The translations under genes and the position numbers were made by a program. A DNA stretch of 64,000 bases from assembly GCA_965203485.1 (NCBI GenBank), contig OZ241892.1, forward strand, positions 1,568,001 through 1,632,000, written 5' to 3'. A model generated the notes under the pieces. It was not told where the DNA came from. It was given only the letters and a program-made list of their open reading frames with translations, and searched no databases. The stretch comes from Longimicrobiales bacterium (GTDB lineage Bacteria; Gemmatimonadota; Gemmatimonadetes; Longimicrobiales; Gaopeijiaceae). Shown here one piece after another: positions 57,957-64,000 of this stretch (within the stretch, counting starts at the first letter, position 1; each line of letters opens with the position of its first letter).

Positions 57957-59999
57957 ATGGCAGCGCAGGACGACCCCGACGCGCGCAACCGCCCCAACCG
58001 GCGCGGCGGACTGCCTCCGGAGGCGTACGAAGTCGTTCCCGGAGACGAATACCAGCCCTACGTTCGCCCGGAGCAGAGCCTCCCCGAACTCACGTTGCGC
58101 GCCGTGGTCGCCGGCCTGGCGCTCGCCGTCGTCTTCGGCGCGGCCAACGCCTACCTGGGGTTGCGCGTCGGCTTGACCGTCAGCGCATCGATTCCGGCCG
58201 CCGTAATGGCCGTAGCAATCTTTCGAATGCTGAGACGGGGATCGATCCTCGAGACGAACATGGTGCAGACGATCGGTTCGGCCGGCGAGTCGCTGGCCGC
58301 CGGCGTCATCTTCACCATCCCCGCGCTGTTCATATGGAGCCGTTCCGATCCCGAGATCGTGGTCAACGTGCTTCACGTCTCCGTGATCGCCGGCCTGGGC
58401 GGCGTGCTGGGCGTGCTGTTCATGATCCCGTTGCGCCGGTACTTGATTTCGCGCGAGCACGGCAAGCTGCCCTATCCCGAGGGCACGGCCTGCGCCGAGG
58501 TGCAGGTGAGCGGCAAGGAAGGCGGCGCCAGGGCCAGGCTGCTCTTCGGCGGCCTCGGCGCCGGAGCTCTCTACCAGGCGCTCGCCAACGGCGCCGGCCT
58601 CGGCCTGTGGAACGAGTCTCCGAGCCTGCGGCTGCCCAAGAAGGCCGAGATCGGGGGCGACTTCACGCCCGAACTCCTGGGCGTGGGCTTCATCGTCGGT
58701 CCGAGGATCGCCGCCATCATGTTCAGCGGCAGCGCATTGGCGTGGCTGGTCCTCATCCCCCTGATCGCGGCGTGGGCTGGCGAATCCACCGTCTATCCCG
58801 GCGACGCGCCGATGTCGAGCTTGGAACCGTCGGCGATATGGAACCACTACATCCGCTACGTGGGCGCGGGCGCCGTGGGCTTCGCCGGCATCGTGACCTT
58901 GGTCAAGTCGCTGCCGACGATCGTCGAGTCGTTCCGGCTGGGCGTCGGGCACGCGGCGAAGGACGCGGACCCGGGCGGCGGCGAGGGTCGGCCGCGCACG
59001 CAGCAAGACCTGCCCCTGAAGGTCGTCCTGGGTCTCGCCGGGCTGACCGCGGTCGCCCTCTGGAGCTGGCCGGGAATTCCGGTCGGCGCCGTGGGCGCGC
59101 TCCTCGTCGTAGCCTTCAGCTTCTTCTTCGTAACCGTGTCGAGCCGCATCGTCGGCCTGATCGGATCGTCGTCGAATCCGGTCTCGGGGATGACGATCGC
59201 CGCGCTGATCCTGACGGCTCTGATCTGGGTGGGCCTCGGCCTCGACGACGGCAGCGCGGAAGCCAAGGTAGCGGTTCTGGCCGTGGGGGCAGTCGTGTGC
59301 ATATCGGCGGCGGTGGCCGGAGACACCTCGCAGGACCTGAAGACGGGGTTTCTGGTGGGCGCCACGCCGAAGCGGATGCAGCTGGGCGAGATGCTCGGCG
59401 TGCTCGCCGCGGCCACGGTGATGGGCGGCGTGCTCGTCGTGCTGAACGAGTCGTACGGGATCGGCACGGCCGACGGCCTTCCGGCGCCGCAGGCCACGCT
59501 CATGGGACTGGTGATCGACGGCGTCCTGGAGGCTTCGCTGCCCTGGGGCTTCGTGCTTGTCGGGATCGCGCTGGCGGCCGTGGCCGAGTTCGTCTTCAAG
59601 GTGCCGTCGCTCGCGTTCGCGGTCGGGCTGTACCTGCCGGTCTCGCTCATGACGCCGATCTTCGTGGGCGGACTGATGCGGCTGGGCCTGGCGCGGAGGC
59701 GCCGGCGCGAAGAACCGGAGGGCGGCCGCGCGGCCTCGGAGCGCCGCGAGCAAGGCGTTCTCTTCGCTTCCGGCCTCATCGCCGGAGCCGCGCTCGTGGG
59801 CGTGTTGATCGGAGGCGCCATCTACGCGGTCGGGCGCATTTGGGGAGATTCGGGCGGCCAGCCGGCCTGGACGGTCGGCCACGCATGGTTGGACGCGGTC
59901 GTCCCGCACGGCGGCGCGGTCGTCGGCACGCTGGCGTTCGTCGCCCTTTGCGCGAGCCTCTGGGGCGCGGCGAACTGGACTCGCCGCAAGGCCGAGTGA
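57957..59999 (+). CDS. OPT-family oligopeptide transporter
   Basis: ELTLRAV, ANAYLGLRVGLTVSASIPAAV, LPYPEGTACAEV, SSSNPVSGM, QDLKTGFLVGATP and APQATLM motifs. Confidence 0.95.
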   Translation: MAAQDDPDARNRPNRRGGLPPEAYEVVPGDEYQPYVRPEQSLPELTLRAVVAGLALAVVFGAANAYLGLRVGLTVSASIPAAVMAVAIFRMLRRGSILETNMVQTIGSAGESLAAGVIFTIPALFIWSRSDPEIVVNVLHVSVIAGLGGVLGVLFMIPLRRYLISREHGKLPYPEGTACAEVQVSGKEGGARARLLFGGLGAGALYQALANGAGLGLWNESPSLRLPKKAEIGGDFTPELLGVGFIVGPRIAAIMFSGSALAWLVLIPLIAAWAGESTVYPGDAPMSSLEPSAIWNHYIRYVGAGAVGFAGIVTLVKSLPTIVESFRLGVGHAAKDADPGGGEGRPRTQQDLPLKVVLGLAGLTAVALWSWPGIPVGAVGALLVVAFSFFFVTVSSRIVGLIGSSSNPVSGMTIAALILTALIWVGLGLDDGSAEAKVAVLAVGAVVCISAAVAGDTSQDLKTGFLVGATPKRMQLGEMLGVLAAATVMGGVLVVLNESYGIGTADGLPAPQATLMGLVIDGVLEASLPWGFVLVGIALAAVAEFVFKVPSLAFAVGLYLPVSLMTPIFVGGLMRLGLARRRRREEPEGGRAASERREQGVLFASGLIAGAALVGVLIGGAIYAVGRIWGDSGGQPAWTVGHAWLDAVVPHGGAVVGTLAFVALCASLWGAANWTRRKAE

Positions 60000-61525
60000 G
60001 CGGGCGGGCGACGGGCGGCGCGTCGTCCGCGCTGGACGGCGGTCGCGGCGCTGAACGAGCGGACGACCGGCGGCGCAGGCGGGCCGACCGGGCGTCCAAG
60101 TGGCTGTTCCGGGTTGCGGTGGTGGTCGCGTCCTTCGGCGCCGGCATGTACTTGGCGGCGACGGGCGCGCTTCCGGCGCGGTTGGCGCACCGGTGGGCAA
60201 CGAGCGCCGCAAGGATGCTCGACGCGCATCTGGGGGGGCTCTCCAGCGCCGGGAGCTGGGAGACGTCGGGCGTGCCGGCCGACAGTCTGGCGCTCGCTCG
60301 CGTCCGCACGGCCGACGGCGCGCCGCTCGCCGATCCGGTGTTGTCCGCCGGGGGCAGATGGCAGTTTCGCGAGCACTGTCCTCTGGCCGACGGATGCCTC
60401 GCCGTGGAGCACCGGGGGGCCGGGCACGTGGCGAGGGCATGGCCGTTCCGGACCGGCGAACTGGCGAAGGCGGAGCCCGTCGACGCCCTGCCGTACAAGC
60501 GGACCCCCGGCGTAGACGCAGGCGAAGTCGTAGTCGTGGACGAAGTCGTGGCCGCTTCGAACGGAGACTTGCTGGCCACGCTGCGGTACCGCGACCACGT
60601 CTCTCCGTCGAGCGGCGGGATCGTACGGGTCGACTCGACGGGTCGCGTGCTCTGGTACCGGCGCGACTACAGCCACGGCGAACCGCACATAGAGGGCGAC
60701 AGCACGATCTGGACGCCGAGCCGGCAACCTCCGGACTCGCCCGCCATTCAGTGGCCGGGGCAGTCGCAATCGCAGTTTTGCCCTGCAACTCCCCTGCTCG
60801 ACGTCGTCAACGTGCTGGACCGAGACGGCCGGCTGACGAAGCAAGTGTCCGTCGCCCACGCGTTGCTCGACTCCCCTTGGGCGGCGTCGCTCGTGTGGTC
60901 GATCGACGCTTGCTATCCGCTTCACGTGAATTCGGTGTCGCTCGTCGGCCGCGACGTCTCGGACTTGGGCGAAGCGAGCGCGGGCGACCTGGTCGTTTCT
61001 CTTCACAGCCTCAACGCGTTCGCGGTCCTGGACCGGCGGACGAGCGCCGTGCTTCTCTACGTCCGGGGCACGTTCGCGGGGCAACGCAGCGTCAAGCACT
61101 TGCGGGGCTCGAAGTTCATCATGTTCGACGGCTCGGGCGGGTGGGAGAGCCACGCCGGCGCTTTTGCGAACTATTCGCGCGTGCTGGTGGTCGACGCCGC
61201 AACCGGCGAGGAAAGAACGGTCTTTCCGACGAACCCGCGAAGCTTCGAGGCCTGGAAGCCCCGCGGCCGCGGGCGCGTGTCCATCTCGCCGGACCGCCTT
61301 CGGGCGCTCGCGTCGCATGCGGGACGAGCGAGGGCCGTGGAAGTGCGGATCGAAGACGGAACGGTCCTGGCCCAGTTCGAAGCCGTGCACGACGTGCGAG
61401 GACTGCAAGCCTTTGCGGGCGCCGGCAGCGTGCGGTTCCTCGACGGGAGCGCCTTCTTGTATGCTCGCCAACGCGCGGACGGCGAGGTCCACGACGACGA
61501 TGATCCGGCTCGACCACGCCGGTAG
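59996..61525 (+). CDS. Arylsulfotransferase (ASST)-like beta-propeller protein 1
   Basis: N-terminal TM, NGDLL, DYSHGE, LHVNSV, GDLVVS and MFDG motifs; GTG overlaps the OPT stop. Confidence 0.72.
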   Translation: MSGRATGGASSALDGGRGAERADDRRRRRADRASKWLFRVAVVVASFGAGMYLAATGALPARLAHRWATSAARMLDAHLGGLSSAGSWETSGVPADSLALARVRTADGAPLADPVLSAGGRWQFREHCPLADGCLAVEHRGAGHVARAWPFRTGELAKAEPVDALPYKRTPGVDAGEVVVVDEVVAASNGDLLATLRYRDHVSPSSGGIVRVDSTGRVLWYRRDYSHGEPHIEGDSTIWTPSRQPPDSPAIQWPGQSQSQFCPATPLLDVVNVLDRDGRLTKQVSVAHALLDSPWAASLVWSIDACYPLHVNSVSLVGRDVSDLGEASAGDLVVSLHSLNAFAVLDRRTSAVLLYVRGTFAGQRSVKHLRGSKFIMFDGSGGWESHAGAFANYSRVLVVDAATGEERTVFPTNPRSFEAWKPRGRGRVSISPDRLRALASHAGRARAVEVRIEDGTVLAQFEAVHDVRGLQAFAGAGSVRFLDGSAFLYARQRADGEVHDDDDPARPRR

Positions 61526-62912
61526 TCGAAGGCCGCGCCGGACGTCTCGGCTCGTCTGGAGCGCTGTCGCGGCGCTCGCGTTCGGTGGCGGCATGCTCGC
61601 GACTTGGAAGCAAGCGCTCCCCTGGCGCTTGGCCCGCGACGGCGTCAAGTCGCTCGCTAGAGCCGTGGCGGTGCACACGGAGGACAGCCTGGATCGGTCG
61701 AGATGGCTTTTCGCGGATGTTGCGGCGAGCGACGCGGGGGCGAGCCGGTTTCCAGCGGTGACCACCGAGGGAATGAGAGACCGCGTCGTCGCGGGAGGCG
61801 GCCGGTGGCAGTTCGGCGAACACTGCCCCGACGGCTGCTTGGCCGTCGAGTACGCGGGACCGGCCGACATCGGACGCGCTACACCCTTCAGGCCCGAGCT
61901 GCTGCGTGCCGCCGTGATCGCCGAAGCGCAGTACGAGAAGACGTTGGGCGCGAGCAGCGACGAGGTGATCCAACCGTTCTACATGAGTTCGTATCCCAAC
62001 GGAGACCTGCTCGCAACCTTCTACTACGCCGACTTCCACTTCCCGTCGTTCGCGGGAGTGGCCCGTCTGGACCGCGCGGGGCGCCCTATTTGGTACCGGC
62101 GCGACTACAGCCACCACGAGCCCCATGTCGCGGCGGGAGACACCGCCTTGGTTCCGGGCCTCAAGTTCGAGGATGAAGTGGAGTTGCCCGGCAACCTGGC
62201 AACTTGGCGCTGCCGTCCTCACGCCACTTACGTGGACGTGGTGGACGTGCTCGACCCGGACGGCGGGCTCGTCGAGCGGATATCCGTGCTCGACGCCTTC
62301 CTGGCGTCGCCTTGGGCCAGCGTGCTGACCGCTGCGGACCCCTGCGATCCTTTCCACCTGAACTCCGTCTCGCTGGTGCGCGACGACGTCTCGGGGCTCG
62401 GCGACGTGCGCCCCGGCGACATCGTGCTTTCGCTCAAGCACTTGAGCGCCGTCGCGATCCTCGACAGGCGCACCCATGCGTTGAAGCGCTACGTCAGGGG
62501 CACGTTCTCGCAGCAGCACAGCGTCAAGCACCTGCGCGGGTCCAACTTCGTCATGTTCGACAACCGCGGCGGCTACGGGGGTCGGCGCGGCGAGCGCTAC
62601 CCCTACTCCCGGGCGCTCGTCGTGGACTTGGCCACGGGCGAGGAGACGGTCGTCTTTCCGAAGAGCGGTTCGGAGCGCTACGGGAACTGGCACTCGCTCG
62701 GGCGCGGCCGGATATCGGTATCGCCCCGGGGCGACCGGATGCTCGCGTCCTACACGCGACTCGGCCGGGCCGTCGAAGTGCGCATCGAAGACGGCGAAGT
62801 TCTGGCCGAGTTCAACTTGCTCCACGACATGCGGAAGTTCGGGCGGGCGGACGGCCGCGCGATCCACTTTCAGCACGGCAATCTCTTCTATGTCCGCGAA
62901 GCATCCCGTTAG
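61500..62912 (+). CDS. Arylsulfotransferase (ASST)-like beta-propeller protein 2
   Basis: N-terminal TM, YPNGDLL, DYSHHE, DPFHLNSV, QQHSV and VMFDN motifs; paralog of the upstream gene. Confidence 0.78.
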   Translation: MIRLDHAGSRRPRRTSRLVWSAVAALAFGGGMLATWKQALPWRLARDGVKSLARAVAVHTEDSLDRSRWLFADVAASDAGASRFPAVTTEGMRDRVVAGGGRWQFGEHCPDGCLAVEYAGPADIGRATPFRPELLRAAVIAEAQYEKTLGASSDEVIQPFYMSSYPNGDLLATFYYADFHFPSFAGVARLDRAGRPIWYRRDYSHHEPHVAAGDTALVPGLKFEDEVELPGNLATWRCRPHATYVDVVDVLDPDGGLVERISVLDAFLASPWASVLTAADPCDPFHLNSVSLVRDDVSGLGDVRPGDIVLSLKHLSAVAILDRRTHALKRYVRGTFSQQHSVKHLRGSNFVMFDNRGGYGGRRGERYPYSRALVVDLATGEETVVFPKSGSERYGNWHSLGRGRISVSPRGDRMLASYTRLGRAVEVRIEDGEVLAEFNLLHDMRKFGRADGRAIHFQHGNLFYVREASR

Positions 62913-62974
62913 CCCGAAGTTCTGGAATCGATAACGCCGTAAGTCGTTTCGGTTCGTCTGAAGCGCGGCCCGAA

Positions 62975-63368
62975 TGCGCAGGGTCGGGCCGACGTAGGAC
63001 GCGCTACGCCCTTCGGGCCCGAGCTGCTGCGTGCGGCCATGGTCGCCGAGTCGCGGTACGAGAAGACGTTGGGCGCGAGCAGCGGCAACGTGATCACGCC
63101 GTTCTGCATGACCTCGTACCCCAATCGCGACTTGCTCGCAACCCTCTTGTACGCCGGCTTCCACTTCCCGTCGTACGCGGGAGTGGCTCGTCTGGACCGC
63201 GCGGGGCGCCCTATTCGGTACCGGCGCGACTACAGCCGCCACGAACCTCATGTCGCGGCGGGAGACACCGCCTGGTTCCGGGCGTCAAGCTGGAGGAAGA
63301 CCCGGCGCTGCCCGGAACCTGGGCACGCGGCGTTGCCGCAAGCACGCCGCGTTCGTGGACTTGCTGGA
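62975..63368 (+). pseudogene. Internal fragment of a third ASST-like paralog
   Basis: Close nucleotide copy of about 61851-62246 (YEKTLGASS, FHFPS.AGVARLDRAGRPI, HVAAGDTA). Has a 1-nt deletion (GCCTGG vs GCCTTGG) and lacks both N- and C-terminus. Confidence 0.8.
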
Positions 63369-63383
63369 GCGGCCTCGTGCCCG

Positions 63384-64000
63384 CTACTCCCACTCGATCG
63401 TGGACGGCGGCTTCGAGCTGACGTCGTAGGCGACGCGGTTGACGCCGGCGACCTCGTTGACGATGCGGCCCGACGCTTTCCGCAGAAGGCTGGGCTCGAA
63501 CGCGTACCAGTCCGCCGTCATGCCGTCGGTGGAAGTGACGGCGCGCAGGACCACTGCGCTCTCGTAGGTGCGCGCATCGCCCATCACGCCGACCGAGCGC
63601 ACGGGCAACAGCACCGCGAACGCCTGCCAGATCGCGTCGTAGAGGCCCGCCGCTTCGATCTCTTCCAAGAAGATGGCGTCCGCCTCGCGCAACACGGCCA
63701 AGCGTTCCTCCGACACGGGACCCAGCACGCGGACCGCCAAGCCGGGGCCCGGAAACGGATGGCGGCCGACGATCCGCTCGCCTAGGCCCAGCTCGCGGCC
63801 CACCCGCCTGACTTCGTCCTTGAAGAGGTCGCGCAGGGGCTCGACGAGCTCGAAGGCCATGTCGCCGGGGAGCCCCCCCACGTTGTGGTGCGTCTTGATG
63901 ACCGCCGATGGGCCGCCGGACGACGCGGACTCGATCACGTCCGGGTACAGGGTGCCCTGCACGAGAAAGCGCGCCTCCGCGCCGATTTCCCGCGCAGTGC
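63384..64000 (-). CDS. guaA: GMP synthase (glutamine-hydrolysing), partial (5' end outside window)
   Basis: [33 protein letters not shown] and [14 protein letters not shown] motifs. Confidence 0.97.
   Translation of the reverse strand, partial: TAREIGAEARFLVQGTLYPDVIESASSGGPSAVIKTHHNVGGLPGDMAFELVEPLRDLFKDEVRRVGRELGLGERIVGRHPFPGPGLAVRVLGPVSEERLAVLREADAIFLEEIEAAGLYDAIWQAFAVLLPVRSVGVMGDARTYESAVVLRAVTSTDGMTADWYAFEPSLLRKASGRIVNEVAGVNRVAYDVSSKPPSTIEWE

Noticed and set aside
62913..62974. AT-richer patch possibly a dif/att site or IS scar
   Set aside because: No convincing XerC/XerD arms, TIR or target duplication.

Overview
A very GC-rich bacterial chromosome segment. Gene content and order suggest Gemmatimonadota; this is inference, and the arylsulfotransferase expansion would fit a host-associated lineage such as a sponge symbiont. 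Most of the window is housekeeping genes on the minus strand: scpA, a site-2 protease, pyrR-pyrB-pyrC, tadA, lexA, gltX, a two-permease RND efflux operon, ispG, tRNA-Ser(TGA), purN/purH, an iscA-like gene, a gmhB-like gene, selA, valS, a DUF4159-DUF4175-TPR-hypothetical-dinG operon, rsmI, trxA, clpB and guaA. Plus-strand genes are rpsT, an NhaC-family transporter, mce, an OPT transporter and arylsulfotransferase-like genes. One complete IS1182/IS5-like element (15-bp TIRs, CTAG target duplication) sits inside a decayed glycosyltransferase paralog. The most unusual observations are: (1) a DinG helicase with two N-terminal DUF1707-like repeats, whose TAG stop is followed in frame by a PcrA/UvrD-type C-terminal Tudor domain and an SSB-like DDLPF tail (readthrough or recent nonsense mutation); (2) four helically phased 20-bp palindromic repeats upstream of clpB that match no classical heat-shock operator; (3) a LexA lacking the cleavage site and the Ser/Lys dyad; (4) a degenerate three-unit array with CRISPR-like dimensions upstream of trxA; (5) recurrent low-complexity in-frame insertions in core enzymes.
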